Shown piece by piece: positions 47,626 to 59,361 of a stretch of DNA of 64,000 nucleotides (positions are counted from its first letter, which is position 1; every line of letters starts with the position of its first letter). The DNA comes from Chrysomallon squamiferum (lineage: Eukaryota > Animalia > Mollusca), in NCBI GenBank assembly GCA_012295275.1, contig CM022670.1:35278001-35342000 (forward strand), written 5' to 3'. The translations under genes were made by a program, and so were the position numbers. Below the pieces are notes generated by a model that was not told the DNA's origin, did no database searches, and was given only the letters and a program-made list of their open reading frames with translations.

Positions 47626-47734
47626 TTTTAAAATGTCCGTTAATTAAAAATACACTTTGAGTAAAAATTAAAGACTTGACAAATGTTCGTACATACATCA
47701 TGTTACATATATAGAACAGAATACAATACATTTA
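47533..47734. repeat. Long inverted repeat (arms about 90 bp, loop 15-20 bp)
   Basis: tctgttctatatatgtaacatga..gaacatttgtcaagtctttaatttt.actcaaagtgtattttta pairs with taaaaatacactttgagtaaaaattaaagacttgacaaatgttc..tcatgttacatatatagaacaga. Confidence 0.9.
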
Positions 47735-47877
47735 TATATATATATTTACATACAAGAAAATAGTTTTATAAATATTACGCTTTTTGTAAAAAGAATCAAA
47801 TTAACCTTTCCAACGGTATTATCTTTTTTATCTTTTTTTTGTTTTGTTTATATCTTTGTTTATTGGTTTTGGTGTCG

Positions 47878-47997
<120 letters not shown>

Positions 47998-48083
47998 CCA
48001 GATTTACTTTTGTCTAGAGAACTATGACTTTATTTCATTTAACGTCATCGCTCTCGCACATCTTTAGTTACCGTCTGTAAGAT

Positions 48084-48269
48084 CGTGGTATGTACTATCA
48101 TGTATATGGGATGGTGCATATAAAAGATCAGCTGCTGCTAACTGAAAAGATAAACCCATTAAATGGCCATAGCGGGTTTCCTCTCTTGTTATCCGAATAT
48201 TCCTTAATCATACGATGCCATGCAACAAAATATAATTGAGTTGCGTTTTTAATAAAAAATATTTCCTTC
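48084..48269 (+). mobile_element. 5'-truncated SINE remnant with a Meta/MESC-like core
   Basis: gtggtatgtactatcatgtatatgggatggtgcatataaaagatcagctgctgctaa..agcgggtttcctct..aataaaaaatatttcc resembles the recalled molluscan Meta-SINE core (GGTATGTGCTATCCTGTCTGTGGGATGGTGCATATAAAAGATCCCTTGCTGCTAAT) and its tail. Confidence 0.7.
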
Positions 48270-48775
48270 ATGTCTTTGACCTTCCTTTTCTTCTTTTTTT
48301 AATGGTTTTTTTTTTTTTTTTTATCCTTCCCTCTGTCTGTTTTTCAATCTCTTTCTCCACTTATCCCCCGCGTTATCTATCTGATACTGTTCATCTCAAT
48401 TTGTTTTCATTGTTTCTGGTAGATTCAGTTCAGTTGTTCTTTAATCTGAAAACAACAACAACAACAACAACAACACTAGAAAACAAATCTTGTATTTTAT
48501 TTACATTAATACGAACAATGAAAAAAGTATTATGTAGTGGTGTCAAAATATGGATTTTTAAAAAATAAATTATCCATATTACTCAAAATAAATATAAACA
48601 AAAATATGCAATTTTTTTCCACACTGTGTAGATGTTTCGAAATCACCATATTTTTAAACATGAGAAGAAAATGGCTGATGTAATATATATGTAATGATGT
48701 CAGAATTTAATATTTAATATATAAATTATGTCTATCGTTTATATTTAGTATCGAGAGAGAAAAAGAGGATTACAG

Positions 48776-48900
<125 letters not shown>

Positions 48901-49579
48901 AAATGCTTTTCTTTCTGGAGCACTCACGATCTTTCGGTTTATTTAGTTGTTGCTTTTTTTAAGTAATATATATAGTAGAAGTTCTGTATTTAAAGGTTTG
49001 GGACAAAGTTTTCAGTTTACAAACAATATGCAAATAACTATTTTTAAATCTGTTTCATGAAGGTAATGCACCAAACTTTGATTGTCTCAGTTGTAATATC
49101 GCTTGCCTTGATTTGATTTGATTTGATTTGATTTTACTTTATTTATTTTTTTTTGAAATATATCAATAACAAGGCTGGGAAAAGGAAAATAACAAAAACA
49201 CAGTTTTGTGCACGATAAATTATAAATCATGGAAATGACTAAAGGATTACCATGAGCTACATCAGTTTAGATATTTCTCACAAATGTGTCTTTAAGTGTT
49301 AATATGCAATTATTGGGCGTTGAGTGGACGTGGTTAATTGCACTTTGTTACATAAAGGTTCACAGTAGCACCATGGAGATATTACAAAAAGTTAATACAT
49401 TTTTGGTAATTGTCATATTTCACTTTATGATATATATACAATATAAGTAATGCTCATGCAGGTATGTAGACGATACGGGTTAGATTTCACATTATGTGGA
49501 TAATGGTTAAGTCGAATCCACAAATATTCTGACATATCTAACTTGTGGTAATAAACAGCAACTATACCACAAGCAAGAG

Positions 49580-50780
49580 TCAGTTCAAAATAACACAATA
49601 ATTACATTATATAGGCAACCGTCAACTCAAATTAACTCAATAGCCATATCATACAGGAAATAGTCAAATCAAAATAACACAATAGCTGTATCATATAGGA
49701 AACAGTCAACTAGAAATAACACAATAATTACATCATACAGGCAACAGTCAACTAGAAATAACACAATGATTACATCATATAGGCAACAGTCAACAAGATA
49801 TAACACAATAATTACATCATATAGGCAACAGTCAACTCAAATTAACACAATAGCCATATCATATAGGACATAGTCAACTCAAAAAGACACAATAGCTGTA
49901 TCATATAGGAAACAGTCAACTAGAAATAACACAATAATTACATCATACAGGCAACAGTCAACTAGAAATAACACAATAATTACATTATATAGGCAACAGT
50001 CAACAAGATATAACACAATAGCTGTATCATATAGGAAACAGTCAACTAGAAATAACATAATAATTACAAAATATAGGCAACAGTCAACTAAAAATAACAC
50101 TAATTACATCATATAGGCAATCGTCAACTCAAATTAACGCAATAGCCATATCAGACAGGAAATAGTCAACTCAAAATAATACAATAGCTGTATTATATAG
50201 GTAATAGTCAACTTAAAATAACACACAAGCTATATCAAAAGGAAATAGTCAACTAACTATAACACAATAGCTACATCATATGGGCAACAGTTATCTCAAA
50301 TTAACTCATTAGCTATATCATATAGGAAATAGTCAGCTGAAAATAACAAAATAACTACATCATGTAGGAAATAGCGAACTCGAAATAACATAGCTATATC
50401 ATGTGAAAATAACACCGTAGCTACATGAGTATAGGCAAAAGTCAACTCAAAATAACACCATAATTACACCGTATAGGCAACCATCAACTCAAAATAATAC
50501 AATAGCTGTATTATATAGGAAACAGTCAACTCAAAATAACACAGTAGCTACATCATATAGGTAACAGTCAACTCAAAATAACACAAAAGCTATATCATAT
50601 AGGAAATAGTCAACTCAAAATAACACAATAGCTATATCATATAGGAAACAGTCAAAATAACACCATAGCCACATCATATAGGAAACAGTCAAAATATCAT
50701 CATAGCCACATCATATAGGAAACAGTCAAAATAACACCATAGTCACATCATATAGGAAACGCTCAGCTAGAAATAACACT
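49580..50780. repeat. Minisatellite, about 42-bp unit x about 28, with partial higher-order structure
   Basis: Unit approximately AGTCAACTCAAAATAACACAATAGCTATATCATATAGGAAAC. The 14-aa periodicity is visible in ORF 49879-50100. Near-identical multi-unit blocks start at 49681 and 49891 (210 bp = 5 units). Confidence 0.95.
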
Positions 50781-50789
50781 GGAACAATT

Positions 50790-51225
50790 ATAACCAGGAT
50801 AAAACATTATGTACAAATAACCAGTATAACTTTATAAACATAAAAAAACACACCAAAGGAGAACATTTTATGTATAAAATCAGGATAATATATTATTTAC
50901 AAATTACCCACGGATAATACATTTATATACCAGAGAACGAAGGTAACAATATGTACACAATTAAATATATCACTGTATGTAGAAAAGCTAGGATAACACA
51001 TTATACACAAAGAGCAGGATACTAATTTATGTATATATATATAAAAACAACAACACGATTACTTGTTCGAAAAAGGCCGGGATACAGTATAAACAAAAAC
51101 CAGGATCACACGTTATGCACAAATAAACAGGATATTACATTATGTACAAAAAAACCATGATAACACATTATAAAAAAAAAAAAAAAAAAACAGGATTACA
51201 TATTATTTATAAATAACTAGGAATT
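50790..51225. repeat. Highly degenerate about 30-bp tandem repeat
   Basis: Recurring caggataacacattatgtacaaa-like units. Confidence 0.7.
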
Positions 51226-51777
51226 ATTTCGTAGCAAATTTTCAAAAAAAAAAAAAAAAAAAAAAATTACTTAGTCTTATAATATTTTTCTGTTCACGGA
51301 TGGGTCGACATTTTCAGTAAAAATGTGTTTTAACTGAAAAGGAATGGAAACATTAGCGTTAGAAGTGTACACCAGCTGAAACTGCCCATTTTTCTACCAT
51401 TTTTCTTTAAACAATTCTTTCGCTCTTCCTTATTCTTTTACTCTTTATTTCACTGGTCTGATAAAGTTAATAAAATATTGCTTCGAAACGTCCTTGGCAG
51501 AGAAGTAAATTGCTGGCTACATCCTGAATTTGTCACATCGAATTTGTAGTGACATGCAGAAAATTTAACAAACGAATACTTCAATAATTCGGTACAAGCG
51601 ATTTTCTTTGTCTCAGTGGAATGTATTTAACTCTGAATGTAACTTTATACTGTAACATTATCTGACATCCGTACAATTTAAAAAGTCCTTCTTCGTTTTT
51701 TTTCTTAATTTTTTTTGCAACAAATTCTTCCTATATTTCTTCTGTTTCTTTAAAATAAAAATTAAAATAATAATGTT

Positions 51778-51813
<36 letters not shown>

Positions 51814-52000
51814 TAGCGGTTGAACTAACTCAGTCTAAATGGACGTTTTCTGCAGATATCGATGTCAAGGCCAGGTGAAGGTCAAGGTCTAATTAAGCTA
51901 GATCGGCGGCGCCATGTTTTTTTTGGACAGAAATATCACAACATGAGATCCAAAAAATAAAATAAGAAAAATAAAAATTAAGAAAATAAATAAATAAAAA

Positions 52001-52585
52001 TCACAAAACCTCGGCATCATCACTCATAACTATCACGTGACACGGATTCTTGACCTTCAACCTCGGCGTGTTGTTCGCCGACTTTATCGTCAGGTCTTCG
52101 GGCTTGCCGTCGTCCGGCACGAGAAACAGGGACTCGTTGGTGTCGCTGCTGCTTTTGCGCGAGAGGCTCTCGTTGACGACGTCCTCCTTCCAGCCGAACA
52201 GCGACGACTTGAACTTCAGCGACCCGTGGTAGGCCAGCCTCGGCGGGGGTCGGGGACTGTTCTTGCTCTGGTTCTTGCGCTTGCTCTGTGGGGTGAGGTT
52301 CGTGTACTGGGCCAGCTTGTCGAGCTTCTCGAAGATTTTGTCCCTGCGGTCCTTCTTCCTCAGCGCCGACATCTCTTTCAGGTACGTCCTCAGCTGGCTG
52401 TCCTGCTTGTTCTTGCGAATGTGAGACGCGATCATCATCACGATCGACAGGCCGTAGATGAGCACGACGGCGACCACGTAGTACAGAGCGCCGATGTCGT
52501 CGTAGTGGTTCTTTCTCGGGTCTTCTATGACGCCGATCCACGTCTTGTTTCCTTGCTGCTGAATCCGGATTTGGAGATTGGTCAT
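52001..52585 (-). CDS. Uncharacterised single-pass membrane protein (about 194 aa) with a KCNE/MinK-like TM and juxtamembrane pattern
   Basis: ATG at 52585 (MTNLQ..) with an in-frame TAA upstream and TGA at 52003-52001. Codon usage is strongly G/C-ending against an AT-rich background. One hydrophobic segment ALYYVVAVVLIYGLSIVMMIA is followed by basic SHIRKNK, and the N-terminus has an NKT sequon. Acceptor-like tttcag sites just upstream suggest a spliced 5' end, so an extra upstream coding exon is possible. Confidence 0.85.
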   Translation of the reverse strand: MTNLQIRIQQQGNKTWIGVIEDPRKNHYDDIGALYYVVAVVLIYGLSIVMMIASHIRKNKQDSQLRTYLKEMSALRKKDRRDKIFEKLDKLAQYTNLTPQSKRKNQSKNSPRPPPRLAYHGSLKFKSSLFGWKEDVVNESLSRKSSSDTNESLFLVPDDGKPEDLTIKSANNTPRLKVKNPCHVIVMSDDAEVL

Positions 52586-52756
52586 GGAATTTCTGAAACG
52601 GGTCAAAGATACTGTGAATTAGCTCGGTTATTCAATGATCTGTCGTGATTTTATTACTGTCAGCTTATTTTTTCAATTGTTATCGAATTTCTGAAATACC
52701 GGTATTCATTTAATTTATTTATTATTGTCAATTACTTTAATGAAATACGTGTTACT

Positions 52757-52929
<173 letters not shown>

Positions 52930-53377
52930 AATAAACTGATGCACTGAAAACGAAACTGGACAAGAGCTTTATGTGGGGTTTTTTTTATCACATATTCATT
53001 TACTTTGTTTTGTTGTGTAATTACAGTTATTAAGCTTGTTATCCAGTGACATTCTCTCTGTGTTATTTTTTCCTATTAATTCGGCCAGAAACTCATTGGA
53101 TTACGGAAGTAATAATCATCAATATATTTGTTTTCTTCTTAAAGTACATCTACATGATATATTTTAATTCAGAGGCTTTTTTACGACACATTCTATCTTG
53201 TCTGAAATCGATATTAATTTTTCAACAAAACAGAAGAAAAAGTATGATTAAAAAGAAAGATAATGATTATGATAATAAAGTAAAATGAAATTTTGTTAAC
53301 TACAGCATGAAATCCTGGATTATGTGTTAAATTCTAAACCAACTGGTTATTAAAGATTCTGCATATAACGGCATATT

Positions 53378-53452
<75 letters not shown>

Positions 53453-53933
53453 TGTCAGTTAATTTCATCTTTTTTGTTGTTATTTCGACATAAAACTGTA
53501 TGGTATCCTTGGCTTCCATTTAAAATTCTAAATCGATTTTTACTTAAAATATTGTATATTGCGTTTTTGTACATTCACACAACTCCATTAAGCCATTGGT
53601 TTTCTTTTCTTCATTAAAAAGTAATTTTTATATATATATATATATCATCCACTGCACGTCGGAATTCTTAGTTAATTCCATAAGAATGTTCCTTTTCGTC
53701 TCCTTTCATACTAGATTAATTAAGTCCTAACAAAAAAGAAAAGGAGGAAGAAGAAAAAAAAAGACCTAAACTAACAAGAGATAATTGATAAGACAAGCTT
53801 CTGCTTATAACTGCTTGCTTCAACATCTTACTTATTTGTTAACATTACGTGCGAAAGATAATGTGAGTAGTTTACGTACTGAACTTCTCGCATTATTTGA
53901 TAAGAGTACTTACGAAGACACTAAAAGTAAATA

Positions 53934-54118
53934 CAGTACAACCTCTAAAAACCGAACAGTGTCGGAATCAAATAATAATAATAATAATTAAAAAAAAGAT
54001 TTGGTTGGAAAGGGTTGTTCGATTTAAAGAGGTTTTACTTAATCGGGAGGCTATAGAAATCGTTCGGTTTTGAAGGAGTTCAGATTCAGTGAGTGTCCGG
54101 TTTTGAGAAGTCTCACTG
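53934..54118. mobile_element. Tc1/mariner (pogo/Tigger-like) MITE, 185 bp
   Basis: TA flanks on both sides. Left end CAGTACAACCTCTAAAAACCGAAC compares with the reverse complement of the right end CAGTGAGACTTCTCAAAACCGGAC. Internal gt(t/c)cggtttt subterminal repeats are present. Confidence 0.7.
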
Positions 54119-54861
54119 TATTAGAAATATTCAGGGAGCAGGAAATATGCAGTCTTCAGCTGTATTTGATTATTGACAGAAATGAGTAAATGAAAAAAAA
54201 AAGAACGAATTAAAGCAAACAACTAAATCTACATTTGTTTGATTTGACTTTTGAGTTTTACAAAGTTCAGAGAAAACATTAGACCCATAAATTAAATATG
54301 CAATTTATGAACAAAATATGGATTATAATATAAATTTCAAAATATGTCTTGAAGATTAAGTATTACAATGGCAGGTAAAATAATTTCTTTAGGATTATAA
54401 CTGAACAAAATTATTTCTGTTTAACTTTGCTTATAACTGGAAAACTACCGAATAAACAACGCTAAATGAAATCATCATTAAAAAAGTCACTGTTTTACTC
54501 GAACACACAGAATTCTACAGTTTCAGTGAAATTAATTTTTCTATTCTCAGTCACTGCTTAATGAGATCTCTAGAGAGCGGAAACATTGCTTGTCAAATAT
54601 TGGCAAAACGAGGCTTCTATGATTACACAGGTCATCAGGTTTAGTGCTGGTTTTTAAAATTCTTTTATTATTTTTTCTTTTTTTCTGGGCATATGACATG
54701 AAGGTTCTGATTTCAAATTAAGAAAATGGACTACAGTCCAGATCAATGCAAAATGGAGATGAGCACGATACACATTTTGAATCACGTACTCAGAACAACA
54801 GATTTCTGAACTTACGAAAATATTCCAAGTAACAAATACTGATGATTTTTTTTTTTTTTTT

Positions 54862-54990
54862 TTTTTTAAATATATGAGAAAAAAAAAAGTCGTGATAAAT
54901 CTTTGCAAGGGATATTACTTTAATTTTTTTAAATATATGAAAAAAGTCGTGATAAATCCTTGCAAGGGATAGTACTTTTTAATTTTTTTC
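54862..54990. repeat. Short tandem duplication (about 60 bp x2)
   Basis: ttttttaaatatatga..aaaaaagtcgtgataaatc(t/c)ttgcaagggata(t/g)tacttt occurs twice. Confidence 0.85.
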
Positions 54991-56559
54991 CCCCAAGCTT
55001 TAGTTTGAAATATGAGCTTGCAAAAAGCGAAATAAATAAATAAAAAAACAATACATGCTCGAAAGAAGAAAATATTTTTAATCGATGATTTCAAACGACA
55101 GCACTACGCTGAATGTATTGATGTTTTGCTCACTGTTTTTCCATATCAAAAGAGTTTAAAAAAAAGTAAAAAAGAGTGTTAGAAATAGCACAAGAGCAGG
55201 GAGGTAATCGAGTTAAAAGCTTGCAGTGTAAACAAGTGCACTAAAGCTGACACTCGTGGTTGCAAACTGGGAATCACAAACCAACAGGTCAGTGACCAAT
55301 GCGTCTTCTGCCTACAGGATATGAATTACAGTGTTGTCATTTTACGTGATTATCCATTAGCTACGAGTCATTAGCTACACACTCCGAATGTCAGCCATCA
55401 CACTTATTATGTGTTCTGTGTTTTTTTTGTGTTTTTTTTTAATATCGTAAACTGTTCTTCAGTGTTCTCGCGTATTGCGAGAGATGTTAACACCCAAAAC
55501 AGGCCCCTTTCACTGACCCGCAAATTAAATGAAGATGTTTTTCCAATTAATTCCATAAAAGTCTGATCTGTTGCCATACAAACAAAAGTGTATACAAAAT
55601 ATATATATATAAATATATGTTGTTTTGTGGTTAATAGATGTATTCATTTATTTTCCTCTTTATGGATATTTGTTTATTTTGGTGCGTCGATGTTTATTTG
55701 CTACTAAAATTTAGCTTTATTAATTTATTTATTTATTTATTTATTTATTTATTTTATTATTATTACTATTATTATAATTATTTTATTTATTTATTTTATT
55801 TTATTTTTATTTTTAATTTTTTTGACATAAGATAAATAATAATATATGCATTAGTGATTTTCAGGTGCATATATAAAAATGTACTTTTCATCTAAATATT
55901 ACTACTACTGCAACCACCATCACCACCATTTTTCTGAGAATTTCTCCTTTTTAAAAAAAATGTCTATCTCACATGTTAATCCACAAGTTCATACGTATAC
56001 ATATATATTTAATCACTAAGAGGCCTATTAACTTATCTCAGTTTGTGCTTAAAGGTATATTTTAGAAGATTTACAGTCTTAAACTCGCATTAATCAAACA
56101 GGTCATTAAAGAGAAATGAAACAGAATACAGTGTAAATTGTAAACATCTGTATTAGCTGTCTAAAAATACACATAACGCTTCGATTACCGATCATTCGTC
56201 AAGATGCAATAGAAATGTGCTGAGATCTTTCGTCGCTAGATATTTTACTGTATCAGAGCGAAATTCTATTCCAGACGCTTATGTTACCATCACAGAAGGC
56301 TTAAAAACAAAAAGGTTTGCCGTCGTTGTTAATAATGATAACGTCAACTGTTGGTTTGCAATAGACAGCTACATTTTGACTGATAATAGCGACATTTTAC
56401 ATGATTTTGGCTAGATATACGAAATTTGGAATGCTAAAATCAGGTCTTGGTGTCATAATTAATCATAATAACATCATCAGTTTTTCAAAAGATTTCAGAG
56501 CAAATAAAAAACTATCAAAAACATATTAGTTAAGAATGGAAGGAATACTTAAAACAAAT

Positions 56560-56734
56560 GCTTGTTGTCATATTTAAGAATAATAACGTCATCAGGTTTC
56601 CAAAGCTTGTTGTCATATTTAAGAATAATAACGTCATCAGGTTTCCAAAGCTTGTTGTCATATTTAAGAATAATAACGTCATCAGGTTTCCAAAGTTTGT
56701 TGTCATATTTAAGAATAATGACGTTATCAGGTTT
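56560..56734. repeat. Minisatellite, 45-bp unit x about 3.9
   Basis: Unit GCTTGTTGTCATATTTAAGAATAATAACGTCATCAGGTTTCCAAA, with degenerate relatives at about 56450-56490 and 56940-56975. Confidence 0.95.
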
Positions 56735-57716
56735 ATTAGTACATATTACAGGATATGCTAGATATGTCAGGAAGGAATACTAAATACAAAAACTTTTGTT
56801 CTTTTTCTTCTTCTTCTTCTTCGTCTTCTTCTTCTTATTATTTTTTTTAATCAGATAAACGAATAAACAGTTATATATTATGTGATATGCTACACGAACA
56901 GGAAGGAAGATTTTAAAATATCAGCGTATCTTTATAAATATCAGTAATAACGTCATCTCTTTTTCAAAGTTTGTCACAAGAGGTACACGACAAAGTATTC
57001 AATAGTACAGATAATAAGTGAAATATCGAAACTATTTTATCTAATAAACGTGTGTGTGAGTGTGTCTATGTGTGTGTGTGTGTGTGTGCGTATGTGTGTC
57101 TGTGTTGGTATAAGCTATGACACCTTTTGAAATTTTAATGTAATTGTGAACGTTAATAAATATACAAATATAGATATATATTAAAATTTCAAGAGGTCTT
57201 CATCGCTTCTTGAGCTACGTTTTCCGATTATCAGTAAGGTTTCTTTTGTATGCACTTTCCTCTACCAAGGAAACCACAAACAACAACACTTCTGTATTAA
57301 ACCAGTCAACTACAGCATTAGCTGGAGTCAGAAATCACTCCGAAGTTGCAGACGATTCATAATTAAAATGATGATGACAAGATTTATTTATTTTTTTAAT
57401 ATATATATATCTGAGAAATTTAACGAAACGATTTTTTTTCTTTTCTTTTTTTCTTTCATTTTTTTTTCTTTCTTTCGATTTCTATGTTGGTTTTTTCAAG
57501 TAATCTTGGGAAAAGTAGTTTGTCTTAATGTATCGACGTTATTGGATTTCAGCTGATGGAGGTAGCAGAAGACAAATCATCACAAAATCGGAACAGTTTT
57601 TCCCTAATTAAACTAATCATGTGGTGCAGATTAGAGGGATAAATATAACAAAAAAACATCTGACCCAGAAAACCTGAAAGATAAATGAGGTGAAATCAAT
57701 ACGAATTCACCGAGGA

Positions 57717-57748
<32 letters not shown>

Positions 57749-59318
57749 GAAAAAAAAAGAAAATAAGAAATTTCGGTTTCAGATTTATTTTCCTCATTAG
57801 CTTTTGTTACGTTTTGCCGCTGTCTGAAAGCCGGCCTGTTTATCTGTTGTAGAACTGATAAAGTGGAAATGCAAAAGAAATAAATTACAATGGAATGTAT
57901 TAATTATTTAGGTAAAAAAGAACATAATTATATAACTGGATTTAACAGAAATACAGCCTGTTTTAGTCTTACGAGATTTTAGCTACATTTTTTTGTTTTA
58001 ATAGGTAACCTTGTTCGTTAAAATAACTACCTCATCATCATCAACAACAACAACAGCAAATTAGACCGTGGTAAACAACAGCACCAAATTAGACAATAGT
58101 TAGCAGTGAAGCACATGTGTGTGTATGTGTGTATGTGAGTGTGTGTGTATGTGTCTATGTGTATATGTATCTGTGTGTGTCTGCGTGTGTCTGTGTATGT
58201 ATACGAGCGTGTGTGTGTACTTGATTATTCTAAAACTAGAAAGCTTGTATGTATGTCCATATGAATGTATACATAAACATATACATAGTATTATGTAAAT
58301 ACTAGAATTTTTTTTTTCTTGATATCTAGCAATCATTACTATTGCATCGGACAATTGCAGTTATTAATACTTCCACCGCTACAACTACTATTTGCTGCAG
58401 CTGTTATTATTACCATTACTGTGTAAAGCTTAAGTGTAAAAGAAAGTCTTGTGATCTTTATTTGCTGTAAATCCATTCAGACCCCAATAAACACCTTTTC
58501 AGATTACTGTAACTCAGACAAAGACAAATGTTAATTGTGCATAATCTTGTGATATCGACTTTAATAAAGGTTACATGGTATAGAAAGACATATATTTTGA
58601 ATACAGAGCCTGATATATGTAGTGATAATTTGTTTTTAACCAGTCTAGAAATTTAATATCATGTATATGTCGTAACTGAATGTTTATGTCATACAATACA
58701 GCAGTATCATGGTGGATCTGAAATTAATGTGGTTTACAACCCTTTTCAGTATTTTTTATTTATTTATTTATTATTATTATTTTTTTTTTTTTTTTGTTAG
58801 ACATTATTAAATCTAAAAAATGTGTATTTGCCAGGTTAATAGATTTCTCGACATATTAGTCAAGGCTAAATTTGATTTTCTTTTTTTTTTCAATTTTTTT
58901 TTCCTTTCTACACACATGAGAATATTCAGATAGCTCATCCATATTGATAATGAAGAACATCTCGTTTCCATTGCTGTAGTTTATTTCCTCCAATATGAAA
59001 ACACTTAATTTATATAAAAAAATATATCGTTATACGCTAGTATATTTCAGCACATAACACAGAGTCTATGTACTCATGTCTATTATTTTATGGTCTACTG
59101 TTTCTTCTGGAGTAATTTTTGACATGCACCGCATCATGTTAAGATTATCATTACTCGTAAAAACTAAGCCTAATGTCTGTGTACATACAGTGAAATTACT
59201 GTCTCAACATTTACAAGAGCAGCGAGGTTTGTTTTAAATAATTATATGATAACCCAGATGCAGTATAATAAAACCCCACTGAATAATCGTTATTTTCTTA
59301 ATTACATTATAATGTCGC

Positions 59319-59361
<43 letters not shown>

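Noticed and set aside
52020-52648. Overlapping ORFs of 173 aa (-) and 203 aa (+) over the membrane-protein gene
   Set aside because: They are the expected shadows of a high-GC3 coding frame, with biased composition and no recognisable motif.
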